Assembly: GCA_964188305.1 (NCBI GenBank) | Contig: OZ076890.1 | Length of the DNA: 64,000 nucleotides | Direction: 5' to 3' (one strand) | DNA from: Podarcis bocagei | Taxonomy: Eukaryota | Shown: piece after piece, positions 25,183 through 38,172 of the stretch | Numbering within the stretch: the stretch's first letter is position 1 | How the letters are laid out: each line of letters starts with the position of its first letter | Notes under the pieces: generated by a model | What the model was told of the DNA's origin: nothing | The model's input: the letters and a program-made list of their open reading frames with translations, nothing else | Database searches by the model: none | Program-made: the position numbers and the translations under genes

Positions 25183-25321
25183 CATAGAACTGTAGAGTTG
25201 GAAGGGACCACGAGGATCATCTAGTCCAACCCCCTGCAAGACAGGAATCCTTTGCCCAACCTGGGACTTGAACCCACAACCCTGAAATTAAGATTCTCAT
25301 GCTATACAACTGAGCTATCCC
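25183..25321 (-). mobile_element. tRNA-Lys-derived SINE with CR1-type 3' tail
   Basis: Minus strand GGGATAGCTCAGTTG...CTTAATTTCAGGGTTGTGGGTTCAAGTCCC fused to GGTTGGACTAGATGA...GGTCCCTTCCAACTCT..TTCTATG. Confidence 0.85.
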
Positions 25322-27024
25322 TCAGGGTTTTGTTCTGTTTACTGTTATGCAAATGTTGGTCACATTGAAATAAGCATTGTGTAACCACCATTTTTGAGGT
25401 CAGTATGCCTCAGTATATCAGTTTCTGCTATTAAACGTATAGCCTGCTTTCATGCTTCCCATAGTATCTGGTGGACCAGTCTGAGAAAAGGATGCTGTGC
25501 CACATGGGCCATGCCCCGGATTCAGCACTCATTTTCTTATTAAACCTGACTCTCAATCAAGAGAATCAGGAGCAGGATCACACAAACAGGATGTTGTTGC
25601 CCCTAACAAAATTGGTGTACCTCAGTCATTGACATTATTGTTTATGTAAAAGCAGGGAAAAACCTGCAAACAAAGCATCATGAGATAGATTCCTTTTGCT
25701 GCAAAAGTAGTTTTGCTCCACGTTTTAACACTTAGACATTGTGAGAATAGCAGCCTAGTTTTCTCAGAATAGATTCAGTTTATTTCGGAACTTGATCGTA
25801 CAATATTTAAAAACAATGGAAGGTTAACAGATTTGTTCAATAAATACAATGGAAATTTCCTCACATTACAAACTAATCTAACTCTGTTTTGAATTACCAT
25901 GCAAACCAGAACACACAAAACACACTGTGTGTAGCCCTGATCTTCTATTTCTCTCACTCACACACACATACATGCACACCAAACCTTATCTTTCTTCTCC
26001 TAGGAAAGCCAGGCAGTTTTGACTCAGTCCTCAGTAAAAAGCAGTTTTCTCCCACTATGTGCAAAAGGTATGCCTATCTTGAACTCCTCTATCACTTTTT
26101 AAATACAAATTTGATTATTTCAGAGTGATTAGAACGCAGTATATTCATGGATTTCACTTGTATGCTTAGGATCACAGCCCTAGAACTCACCCATCTTGGA
26201 CGAGCTTTCCTTGGTATTTTTTATGTTCTGGTTTCAAACAAAGCCATACTCATTTAGCAAGGGGTGTGACTGCATACTGGAGCTGGTCTTGTGTGAGGTG
26301 AAATACTCTTTAATCCTGAAAGAATGTGAAAATTTACTTCCCACTTGCCTCCCACAATTTAATTCTCCCCTTAATAAACCCATTTGGAAAGATCAAATGT
26401 GAGATCTGCCTAAAATTGTGCCGTTTATACTTGGTTTTAGTCCCGAATTATGAAAAGGGTTTCATTTGAACCAGGAATTTCCCTTTCAGTGCCTGCATAT
26501 ATAAATTGCATTGACATTGCTAATTGTGCCTGATATTGCAAATTGTGCCTTGGTATCTGCTGGTAAAGGAGAAGATCCCAGACATGCCATCTCTTATTCC
26601 GGAAGGAGATACTGGAATAGGTTGGTTCCTACCCAGGGTGGGACAAAAACAGCTTCAGTGCTTAAATTCAGATAGGACTCTCCAGGGCAGAAACCTAGTG
26701 GCATTGACATCTGGAGCCAGAATCTGGCGAGAGTCATTTTTCTTTGCATCTGCAAGCTGGCTAGGGACTACAGTTAGCATACACAGAGTGCACCTGGAAT
26801 GAAAAGTGAGGCTTTTGGATCAGAGAGTTTGGCTACTACAATTCCTGAGCATTGGCAGACTATGCACTGGAGGCATGTGAAAGCTGAAAGCATTGGGGTA
26901 TTAGTACACAAGTCACTACCTACAGTTCTGCCTTCAAACCATTTCCTCTAGAATTTTAAAGAACATTTCTATCCTGCTTTTCCATTATAGAGTGTCCAAG
27001 GCACTATATAACTTAAGATCCACA

Positions 27025-27130
27025 GTCAAAATAAAAAAATTCCTTCCAGTAGCACCTTAAAGACCAACTACTGTAAGTTAGTTCTTGGTATGAGCTTTCG
27101 TGTGCAAGCACACTTCTTCAGATACACTGG
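27025..27130 (-). mobile_element. Penelope-like element terminal-repeat fragment
   Basis: ttccttccagtagcaccttaaagaccaacta...gagctttcgtgtgcaagcacacttcttcagatac resembles reptile Penelope-like termini as I recall them and contains the diagnostic minimal hammerhead. Confidence 0.75.
27088..27125 (-). ncRNA. Minimal type I hammerhead ribozyme motif
   Basis: GUAU-CUGAAGA-A-GUGUGC UU GCACAC-GAAA-GC-UC^AUAC. Both catalytic boxes, stem I (GUAU/AUAC), stem II and the palindromic AGCU mini-stem III are present. Confidence 0.8.
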
Positions 27131-29027
27131 ATGTTAACACCTGGATTTCTTCCTAATGAACCAATATGGTTATCTATCATGCATGTATAAATGAACTTAC
27201 TCTAAAATCTATGGCTTGAGTATTGCAGCAAAAATATCAAGAAATCTGTGATCATCCAGTCCTGCTAATATGTCCCTCTCTGAATTCAGTTTGAGACACC
27301 TAGACTGCAATAGTCACAATTTGTGAGTTAGAAGGTGGAGCACAACTATTTCCACAACAGAATGAATCCTGCCTAAGTGCCAAACATGCCATGCTCACTG
27401 GCAGGAGGACAAGCAGAGCCTCCCCCAGAGATCTTAAGGCACAAGTTGGCAGGTGTTAGCGAAGGTGCTTTGGCAAGTACTTGTAATAAATCATACAAGT
27501 TTAACAAAAGCACTTAATACTGAACTATTTAGACTGTCTTGAACAACTTTCCAGTATCCTTGAAGGACAGGGGCCTTCTCTGTGGTAGCTCCCAGATTAT
27601 GAAACACTCCCTCCCTGTAAAGTTGCATATGTCTCCCGTGTTGGCATCATTTTGCTGACAGTTAAAAATATACCCTTCGGGGCTGGGTGACAAGGGTTGG
27701 CAGTCTATTATTCCTTGCCTGCTGTGTTGTGAACCTAAACTGTTTTGAGTATTTTTATATAGAAAATATATGGAGGTGGGGGGAGGGTGCCGAGCAGAAA
27801 GCAAAAACACTTCCTTTACTATGTGTATGTGTCCATGGGCTCCTATTGGAAGGAGGACAGGGTAAAAAATATAACAGATTGGGGGGGGGGGAGAGAAAAT
27901 ATTGTGGGATGCGTTATTACTAGAGCAGTCAAGTACAACATTTTCTTGTTGCCTAGAATGGACACACAGCGGAATGTGACTCCAGACAGGGAGGACTTCC
28001 TGTCATACCTTCTCTGGAGCTTCTTCCCCCTGTGTGTGACCCTAGCTGACCAGATAAAAGGGCAAGCCACGCAACCATCTCTCTCTTGCTCTCTTGGACC
28101 CTCGCTGTCCTGGCTCTTATCCAGCACGCAGCTCAACCGTCAAATAGGATGGAGCCCAAAAGCAGAAAGTCTGAGATGTAGCTCAGACTTCTTTTCACTG
28201 CAGCCACAAGATAAAACCTGCCTTCAGATTACTGCTGTGAACTGAATGTGAGTAAAACTTTATTCTTACTTTTAAAGAAGACTGTGTTGTGTTATTCTTA
28301 TTTTAAGAGGGAAATCAAGGGGAAACTTACCAGGAACAATCCAAACTGGACAAGCCAGGCTGGATTGCTTAATTAAAGGATTATAACGAATCATCAACCT
28401 GCTTCCAATAAGTTGCAAAGGAAATGTGCTCTGCTGTACTCGCTAGTGTGAGTGAGGAGGGATAATATTCAAACAATATATCCTCTCCTACCTTCCTTAA
28501 CATTCCCACAAATATGAAAGATTATGTGCCATTTTTAAACGTAGTGAAACAAACAGGGATCAACTGTATCCTCAGGACAATTATCCTGGAGAATAGCCCA
28601 ATGGGCTTCAAGGAGAGAATCCTGAACTAAGCCATTTGTAGACTGGAGATTGTATGTACAAAAGTAACTGAAGCTGTGGTCCTGAAAACACCTGCAAGAT
28701 TTTACATCTTCAGATTTTTTTCTTAGATGCAAGTGGAACGTGTCCTTTGGTAGGCCCCCTCTTCTGTCAGTGGGCCCATGTGGGTTTATCTGGCTGTGGT
28801 GGGCAAGGCACCAAGGAGAAGCACTGTGTCTAGCTCTGTCTTAATTTTCCACAATTGCCTGTAACAATGCTAGGTAGGAACTATTATCATAAAAGAATAG
28901 CTAGATCCAGCTCCCTGGCACTGCTTTGAATGCAAGGCCGGGTGTGGGTGTGTGCGTGCAAGGGGCAGGCATCAGCAGAGGACCCTGCCAGGTACTTGGA
29001 TCCTAGCAACTCCCAAGGATGTGGTTG

Positions 29028-29192
29028 GGGAAGGGCCATAGTTTAGTGATGAGATGTATGCTTTGCATACCCAGGTATGTCCAGGTAGGACTGGGAGATC
29101 CCTGACTGAAAGAGAGCAGCTGCAAATCTCTGTAGCCAGTGCAGATCTAGATTTACCCAAGGTCATATTCAGTATAAGGTAGCTTCCTATGT
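29028..29192 (+). mobile_element. Decayed Squam3-like SINE
   Basis: gggaagggccatagtttagtg head and agtataaggtagcttcctatgt tail. Confidence 0.7.
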
Positions 29193-29311
29193 GCTTGTGC
29201 CATCCACATCTGGAAGAGACTGCAATCCTTACTTCCTAAAGAACAGTGTTCCTCCCTGGCTTCAGGTAGGTGTTCCAGGACACTGTGTACTCCATGCATG
29301 ATTATCTAGCC

Positions 29312-29641
29312 CAGGGGTTCCCAAAGTGTGGTCTGCAGGTTTCATTCAGGTGAGCTGCAGCATGCCCACATTAAATATTCATAATGATTTTTTACTGATA
29401 TTTTTTATTGCTTCTTTTATTTCTTATGTTGTAATTTATTGTATTACAGTCTGAGTTCTATGGAATGTGAGTTGTAATATAATAAAATAGAGTATAAGAA
29501 ATAAAAGAAGCAATTAAAAGGCAATTAAACATCATACAGCTCCTAACATGGCACAATACAACAGCTACAAAAGGCAGAATGGTAAAGACCATTAACAATT
29601 TTCAAGAGGTCCATGGTCCAGGTGGGATTTGGGAACCAAAT
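29312..29641. mobile_element. Older hAT (Charlie-type) MITE, 330 bp, AT-rich interior
   Basis: TIRs caggggttcccaaa/tttgggaaccaaat (decayed end). TSD atctagcc/atctagtc with 1 mismatch. Confidence 0.75.
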
Positions 29642-30878
29642 ATCTAGTCTAGCGTAAGAGCAGGCCAGTTGTTGTTTTTTAGGTGAATAAACCTTTCAAA
29701 AGAGTGAATTCACAGGTGCGTGTTCTCAACTACATGACCTCAGTATCAAGTGTTGACAGCCATCACAATTAGAATCATAGAATTTTAAAACTGGAAGGTA
29801 CCCCAAGGGTCGTGTAGTCCAACCTCCTCCAATGCAGGAAGAGGACACACAGCACTTCCTTGGGGTTCCAGGATGGATGCTTTTCAAAGGCGCAGGCTCA
29901 CACATTTCAGCTGAGGCATGAGATAGGCAGAAGTGTGTGTGCATGTGTGAATCAACCCTCAGCTAAGCTGCTTACATTCTGTAACATCCTCGCCGGGCGC
30001 ATACATCCTTTCCCTACTTTCAGAGGAATATTATGCAGTTGGGGACACGTGTGCTAAATAAATATTGCAGGTCGTCCCCCTCCTCTAACTGGCCCCAAAA
30101 AGCTCATTCCTCCCAGTAGCACTGGGAGGTGTTGTTCTTTCAGCTCAGCTTTGTGGTTCCTGCAAAACCACCAGACACACTTACAAAGGAGTAAGGGCCA
30201 TTGCACCCCGCAAGACTTGGATTTCCAAACAGGCTGGTTGGGGACTGCGCCGCGAGATATTCAAAGGGGGAGGGGAGAAAGAGAGGCGGGCCTCAAACCC
30301 CCATCCCAGGAAATCGATGAGGAAGATGATGCTGGGCTGGATTTCTTGTGTTTAATATTTGTTTTGTTTTTCCCTCGGGCATGCTCGCTACTTTCTTTAC
30401 TAGGGCCCGGGGCGAAACCGTTGTCCCCTGTCGCCGCGCCGCCCCCTTTAGTTCTCTCTCCCTCGCCATAGAGAGAGCTTTGTGTAAAAGCCGAAGAGGC
30501 GCTGGCTGCTCGCGCTCCAACAGCTGTCACATTATTTGCACTAGCTGTAAACAGCCTTCGCCCCCCCCTCCGCCTTTCTCCCTCCCTCCCCACACCACAT
30601 AGTTAAATCCAGACTAACAATCCACAGTTAGAGATCAAACCAACAACAGCAGCATTGTGTCTGCCCTTCCTTGCTCTAGCATCACTCCTGCAGCTGGTTT
30701 ACTCGAAACAAGGAGCCCCCCTCTCCCCTCCCTACCCCCCGCCTCCCCCCAGGCCAGGGAACTATTTGTATCAGCCAGTCCCTCACTCTCGCGAACTCTC
30801 CTTGGGCAATAAATGGGGTCTTTTAAAAAGTAAGCTTTCCTCCGCCACCCCCGTCCTCTTTTTGCTCTTTTTTGACGC

Positions 30879-30883
<5 letters not shown>

Positions 30884-30941
<58 letters not shown>
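30884..30941. repeat. (CT)n microsatellite
   Basis: Direct inspection. Confidence 0.97.
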
Positions 30942-30945
<4 letters not shown>

Positions 30946-32026
30946 CCTCCCCAAGTCGCCCTCTCCCCGAAGGACCAGGTCAGAGCTGGAGTCCTCTTCT
31001 GCTCGCCTCGAGTCCAGCTGCAGTAGCTTAACGCGCCCCCCGCCCGCCCGTGCCTTTGCCCGGGTCTCGCTCATTGTGGCTCTTAGAAGCTTTAATGCCT
31101 CTCGTTCCGCAGGAGAAATTCCTCAGCTGGCTGCATTTGCAAGCGCGGGCGTCGGTGGGGGGGGGGGGCGCCGAGCAGAGAGCAGAGACTGTTGCTTTCT
31201 TGCCGTCCTGCTTTTAACAGTTTCTTTCCCTCGTGGTCCTTAAGAGACGCCCCCCGTCGCCGCTGCCCCCCCCCCGCCCCCAGCGCTTCTCATCAGCTCC
31301 CCAGAAGCTACAGGCCCCGGACAGTGACGTGGACCCGATTATTTGCACTGAGTGACACGAAGAGACGCCGTGTCACTCAAGCGAGAGGGACGCGGAGGGA
31401 GGGGGTGGTGGTTTGAAATCCTCTTTTTTCCAGCGCCTGCCGCACCCGGCGCCCGCTAGCTGAAGCGAGCACTTGCAGGCCGGTTTTCTGCTCCCCGCAC
31501 CAGCTGAGGCCCAAATACTCGAGTCGTAGCTGTCTGCAGAAAGAACGAGCTGCCAGAAAGGGCGCCCGGGGGGTTATTCTGATGCTGGGATTCCCAGCCT
31601 GGGAAACTTCCACCCAGTAGAAGAGATAGGGGTTACTGGGTCGGTGATTGCGGGGGCGAAGAAAGGGGTAGAACCATAGAAGTGTAGAGTTGGAAGGGAC
31701 CCTGAGGGTCATCTAGTCCAACCCCCAATGCAGGACTATGTAGCTCTCCCATATGAAGGTAGGGCATCCACATTAGCGTAGGCGCAGCTCATGGCTACCC
31801 ATGACCTTGCCTAGGTACCACCTTCTGGCTTGTCCCAGTTCAAATGAAAGGAGGCCTCGCTCATCTCTTATTCTCACGTCCCACGCCCACTAACCGCTCG
31901 ACAATATCCAAGTTGACTCGGTCCTAAATCCCTGTGTTCAGTTAGGATTTACTCTCAAGGCAAGTGCATATAATATTCCCCCTGTTAGAGCGACCTAGAC
32001 CCACTGGATATTGCTCCCGGACATAT

Positions 32027-32027
<1 letters not shown>

Positions 32028-32059
<32 letters not shown>
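32028..32059. repeat. (CTG)n trinucleotide repeat
   Basis: Direct inspection. Confidence 0.93.
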
Positions 32060-35000
32060 ATACTCCGCTATGGTTTTGGCCATGCCCCGGGCAAAATAAC
32101 GGAGGTGGGAGATCTTATGCCGCGTGACAGGAGCAGCCTCAGTGAGGCCTGCCATATTTTCTTGGACTACAATTCCCATCAACCCTAGTCATTGTATCCA
32201 GTGGCTAGGGATTATGGGAGCTGTAGTCCCTGCCGAAGGTGATGCCGGCGAGTGCCCCCCCCCCTCTCTCTCACACACACACACGTGTCCTCCTAGGCAC
32301 CCTATATGTACTCATTGAGCAATTGAACTATTTGCCTATCCTTAAAAATAAAAAACCCTGCTGCGTAAAATACAGCTCTTGTATGCCAAAGTCCTCAGGA
32401 GCCGGAGGAACAGCTGCTTAGGTGTCCTGATCTTTTGGGCAAATAGCTGAGAAGGAAGCTGCTTTGGTCTCTCTGGGCCAGCGGGCAATTTGCCACCAAC
32501 TACTTGTTCAAAGCCCAGGCGACCCTCACCGCGGAACAAACACACAGCCTTTTACATGGGAAAGAGACCCCGGTCCAGCCTGCGGCTTTCCTCCTCTCGA
32601 GTAGCTGGCCTTTAGGTTCAGCGCAATTCATCTCGATTATGACGGGGAGACCAGGTGGCTGGAGCTGTGCAGGCCGAGTCTCAGCTGCGGTCTCCAAGAG
32701 TGCAGCTTTGGGAGGCACCAACAGCCGCGAAAATTAACTCTTGACCCTAAACACATTTACATGGCAGCCGGCCCTGCTCAAGTCAAGAAGGCTGGCTGGC
32801 TCCAGCGTGCAAATGCAGTTAACTCTGCAAAGGGAGTAAATCTCGTGGTTGTACCTCCGTAGACCCCTGGCAACTGACAAACAGGCCTGTGTCATAAGCA
32901 ACCTCTCAAGACCGTTTCTTTTTGTTTTCCATTTCGCCCCCTTTTTATTACTACTGTTTTTATAAAAATAATTTTCTAAAAAAACTCCCGAAAATACAGT
33001 TGAAAAACTAGGATACGAAAGAGGCGCGGGGAAACTAAAGCGGTTGCGAAGGGAGGAAATTGGCGGTGCATTTCCTTACTTGCCAACTCCTAAATTTTAT
33101 TAAACCATTGGGGCTTACTCCTAAAGTGTGTCAGAGATGGCAGCCTAAGCGTCTTGCTTTCACCTTAGAAACTGTAACAGCCTAACCCGATGCAAGATTA
33201 CCCGCCGGAAGCAAAACGCACAAGAGTCCTTAAATGGGCTTTCCCCCCACGTTAACTGCGCATGGGGTCGCAAACGTATACCGCAAGACTTCTCTGGAAA
33301 TAAGTCCCATTTAACTTACTTCCGAGTAACCACGCATTGGATTGGGCTGCCGGCGCGGCAAAGGATTGTTTGTGCCTTCTTCGCTGCCACAGAAAAGCAG
33401 GGAACTTGCTCCACTGCAAGCCGAAACCCCAGGCGGCATCTCACCCCAACCAAGGCAAACCAGTAAGCTCGAGGGAACTTACTTCCGAGGGAGAAGACAT
33501 AGGATCGGCCTGCGCGGGTCTTTGGATCTGGGGCTCTGCCTGTGCTCGAGACAGCGGGAGGCGCAGACTCCAGCTCTAGCTACTAAAGGTTAAAAGGTTT
33601 CGCTAGCGCAGCTCCTGTGTCTCCGACAGACGAGCCGCTGCCTCCGCAGCACCCAACTTCCGAGCCAAATTCTCCCGGGCGAGCGATTCCAAGCATCCGC
33701 GTCTTTGTAGCCCTGCTGTGGTCAGTTACAACCGGTGCCTCAGCCGAGCTGGCAATTTATTTGCTTGCCGCTGTACAAAGTGGGGGGGGGGCGGGTGGAG
33801 AGAGGAGGGAGAAAGAGAAAACCATTGCTAACAAAATAATGTCAGCAAAGGCTGCAACACATTCTTGCGAGAGAGCAGCGCTTCGTGCCTACCGAGGCTC
33901 TTTCAGCACAAAGGCTTTTAGAGAGGAAGACGGGAGGGGGCGGGGGAGGGAGCGAGAGCGCTCTCGTATTTCAGGGCTGTTGTCCCCCTGGGAACCAAGA
34001 ACCAAGTGTAGCTTCAATCAAATGCTGACTTCTCCTTCGGGAACTCAGCAGGAAACCTGATCTCACAAGTTTATGCCTGCCTCCATCTACACGGGCTGGG
34101 CTCCCCCCACGCCCCCATCCGCCTTCCCTTTCATACCAGCAATTTGTATATAGAGACGAGATCCAATATTCCTGATTGAAAAGGAGATGAGGCGGGAGGG
34201 CGGGGAAATCAGGTCGGGGACTCTCCGTTCTTGCCAAAAGCAAAACAGCCTCGAAACATCCACGCAGGGCAGCCTCGCGTCGCATCCACTGGGGCGAAGC
34301 CGTTGTTCCAAGCTCGCAAGCCGTCTCCTCCTCCCACCCGTATTCTTTATGCTCTTGATTACACGTACAAGGAATCTCCGGCGCTTAAGGCTGCAGCCCT
34401 CTTGGGAAGAAGTCCCACTGAACTTAGCGGGGCTTACCTCTAAGGAAATGTGCCTGAGAGCGGACCTTTGGCTGTTTGCTTCCGCACCCAGATCATCGTT
34501 ACTCAGCAGTAAGCAAGGATGCTCAGCAGGTGGTACCGGCTTCCTGGCCATTATTAGGAGGGCTGCATCACAGCCCGAGGACCCCCTGCAGGATTTAGGC
34601 GCGCTCAACTGTTTGTAGGATAGGGCTCTTTGGTCAGATATACGAAGCCACTGGAAACATTTACGGTTCGCTCCGTTTCGACCCATTCCCCGAGACCAGA
34701 TTAGCCGAACCACTTGGTTTCACGGATCCGGTTAGTTCCACTAAAACAATGCAACCTGATCGGCGTAAAAGTTTAAGCGCTGTCTAGAATGGGAGCCCAG
34801 GCATGGGCCAGGTGGAACGCGCCCAAACAGCAACCTTGTGGCAAGAAACAATGCTCTCAGGAAGGCCACTGTCCACCCGGGCCACCCCATCTCCTCCTCC
34901 TCTCCAATCAATCATCAGAAAGGATTCTTGATGGGGAACTGCAGCTTCTTGTGCAAGACCAACTGCGAGCGTGGTTTACCCAACCCGCCCGGCCAAGAAG

Positions 35001-36235
35001 CAGCCAGGAGGAAAGGGAGATGACAGGAACCGAGACTCAGTGGGGAGGAAGGCGCACCAGTCACTTCCTGCTCTGAGGTTCCTTAACTGGGGGGAGGGGG
35101 GCGTTTCAGCCACTCCTCTCTCTCTTTTTTACAACTCTGCTTGGCTTCTGCTTGTAAAGTGTTCCTGAAACTAACAACCCATGGTTCAAGTAACATCTCA
35201 GCTTGTTCAGAGTACAGGGGACAAAAGAACTCTCCCCTGGCCTACCCGAGATAGCAGATACAGTACCACAACAAACATATCAGCCTGAAAGCACCACCAA
35301 ACCCTTTGCTTATTTTTTCTTAAACCAGAGTAGAGTCCTTATGCATGTCTACTAGAAAGTAAGCAAAATACTTACTCTCCACAAAGTGAATAGGATTATT
35401 GCCAAATACTCCTTTTTCACCACCCCATATATATTTTTTTCCAAGTGCTCCCCTTCTCTTTAATGTTGCACTTATTTAGCAAACCCGGAATTTGCTTAAT
35501 TGCTTTCTTTTGGCCTCCCCCAGCAACTTGCTCCTTTTGAAAATGCTGTAGGCACTCAAAATTATGCACACTCTACAATCTATCACTATGTCAGGAAAGG
35601 CCTTGCAGAGGTGGCATAGAACTACTGAGCAAACATAGCTCATGGATTGCAACCACACATCTTATTTTGGGTTTGGGGTTTCCTTCAAGGAAGCCAGTCA
35701 TCCTCCTGATAAGAATTTGCCTATGCCAATTATAATGTGCAAATGGGTAACCTGAAACTGCATGTGTATTCATAAGTGAGCCTCAATGAGTTCACTGGCA
35801 CTTACTCCAAAGTAAGTATAGTATTCATTGTATTGCAGCCATTACCATGTTGCCCAAGCCACAGTAAATCCAGAATCACTTGATTCATTGACTGATTGCT
35901 TTGAACTCAGTGTACCTAGAAGTACATGCGTTAAGCTCTGTTGCCACAGTGCACACCCTGATAACTGAATCCTGATCTACAGGTTAAAGTTCACATTATG
36001 GAAGATGCCGCATGGTTAAAGAGCAGTGTAAACAAAGGTATAAAAAGCTAAGAAGGTTCCCCTATTCCAAAATGAAAGTCTTGTCCTAATTAGGTGGTGG
36101 GAATTAAAAACACACAAGTTATGGCAAAACCAATGTGCTGGGTAAAAGAAGCCAGCACAGCAATTGAGAAGCAAAATTCTAAGTGCATATAACAGCTAAC
36201 ATTTATTAAAATAATATACGGCTTTATAAGGCTTT

Positions 36236-37190
36236 GTGCTGGGTGTCCACCAGTATGCAGATGATACCCAGCTATACCTCTCCTTCAAATCAGAACCAGT
36301 GAGGGCAGTGAAGGTCTTGTGTGAGTGTCTGGAGGCGGTTGGCGGGTGGATGGCGGCTAACAGATTGAGGCTGAATCCTGACAAGACAGAAGTTATTGGG
36401 GCACAGGGGGCGGGTGGGTGTGGGGGACTCCCTGGTCCTGAACAGAGTAACTGTGCCTCTGAAAGAACAGGTGTGCAGCCTGGGAGTCATTTTGGACTCA
36501 CAGCTGTCCATGGAGGCACAGGTCAATTCTGTGTCCAGGGCAGCTGTTTATCAGCTCCATCTGGTATGCAGGCTGAGACCCTACCTGCCTGCAGACTGTC
36601 TCACTAGAGTGGTGCATGCTCTAGTTATCTCCTGCTTGGACTATTGCAATGCACTCTACGTGGTGACCCAGAAACTACAACTAATCCAGAATGTGGCAGC
36701 TAGACTGCTGGCTGGGAATGGACACCGGGTCCTAAAGGATCTTTACTGGCTCCCAGTACGTTTCTGAGCACAATTCAAAGTGTTGGTGCAGACCTTTAAA
36801 GCCCTAAATGGCCTTGGCCCGGTATACCTGAAGGAGCATCTCTGCCCCCATCGCTCAGCCCGGACACTGAAGTCCTCCTCTGAGGGTCTTCTGCTGGTTC
36901 CCTCACTGCAAGTAGCGAAATTACAGGGAACCAGGCAGAGGGCCTTCTCAGTAATTGGGCCCTCAGTAGTGGTTCCCTCCCTATGGAACACCTTCCCTTC
37001 AGATGTCAGTGAAACAAACAACTATCTGACTTTTAGAATACATCTGAAGGCAGCCCTGTTTAGGGAAGTTTTTAAGGATGTTTTTATTATGTTTTTAGAT
37101 ATGTTGTAAACCGCCCAGAGTGGCTGGGGAAACCCAGCCAGATGGTAGAAGTGGTATTATTATTATTATTACTATTATTATTATTACCAT
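36236..37190 (+). mobile_element. 5'-truncated L2-clade LINE (RT C-terminal half, frameshifted) with (ATT)n tail
   Basis: HQYADDTQLYLSF, WMAANRLRLNPDKTEVI, LGVILDSQL, VHALVISCLDYCNALY, KLQLIQNVAARLL and FKALNGLGPVYL lie across three frames. Confidence 0.95.
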
Positions 37191-37627
37191 CCAGACAAGT
37201 CTTCTTAATGATTGGTAACTGATTAAAGTATGAGTAGCAGAGGGTACAAATAAAGGAACAATTTCCTACAATTGAGAGAAATAAGCAGTGGGGTAGGATC
37301 AGACTTGAGACCTGTCCCCCACCCCCATAGACAATCTGAAATCCAGGACAAGTAACGAGGTAGCCAGGTTTATGGATAACATCCAAATCCTTCAGATTGG
37401 TAAAATCCCAAGTAGACTATGAAGAACTCCAAGATGGGCAATTGGCCGACAAGATGGCCAACAGGATTCTATCTAAGTGCAAAGTGATGCCCACTGGGGC
37501 ACAAAAGCCTAACTTCGTATGATGGGAGCTGACCTAGCAGTGACCAACCAGGAAAGATCCAGGAATCATGGCAGACAAATCAATGTGGGGGAGGGACGGA
37601 CGGACCCCACTTCAGTGTGCAGAAGTA

Positions 37628-37815
37628 CAGTGGTACTTCAGGTTAAGAACTTAATTTGTTCTGGACGTCTGTTCTTAACCTGAAACTCATCTTAACCTGA
37701 GGTACCACTTTAGCTAATGGGGCCGCCCGCTGCCACTGCGCCGCCACCGCGCAATTTCTATTTCTGGGTTAGGGGAGTCTGGAACCTGAAGCGTCTGTAA
37801 CCCGAGGTACCACTG
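37628..37815. mobile_element. Tigger-like MITE, internally deleted copy (188 bp), inserted in an old CR1
   Basis: TA|cagtggtacttcaggtta...taacccgaggtaccactg|TA. Confidence 0.88.
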
Positions 37816-37900
37816 TATTGAAAGAGGCAAAGTCAGCTTGCCACTCTGGGTATTCACTGCAGTCATATGTGGACAATCATGCAAGAAGGAACAGAGACAG

Positions 37901-38172
37901 GCTTGCATGTCTTTGCCCTCTCCAGAACATCACCTTTATCCTTTTTGCAACCCTCCATGGACTTGAGGGGAAAATTCTAAAGCAGGGAACCTTCCTCCAT
38001 GCAAGAAGGCTCCCAGCTGACGTAGAAACGGCAGGGTTCTGAGCTGTACATAAAGCCTCCATGAGTAGATAGGTGAGGCTCCCTGCTTCAGACTTTTGCC
38101 TTCAAGTTTGTGGAGGGCTGTGAATAGGGTGAGATGACACACCAGCCTCTACATCACTGTTTACATGCAAGC
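37901..38172. repeat. Imperfect ~270-bp inverted (foldback) repeat
   Basis: Ends gcttgcatgt/acatgcaagc. The arm ccctccatggacttgaggggaaaattctaaagcagggaacct pairs with aggctccctgcttcagacttttgccttcaagtttgtggaggg. Confidence 0.7.

Larger units (their letters stand above)
30250..34800. promoter_or_regulatory. Intronic CpG-island cluster
   Basis: CpG-rich segments at 30.4-31.6 kb and 33.0-34.8 kb, judged by eye. Confidence 0.7.

Noticed and set aside
25250-25321. tRNA-Lys gene (also ~57770-57835)
   Set aside because: Mutated stems and direct fusion to a CR1-type tail identify these as SINE heads.
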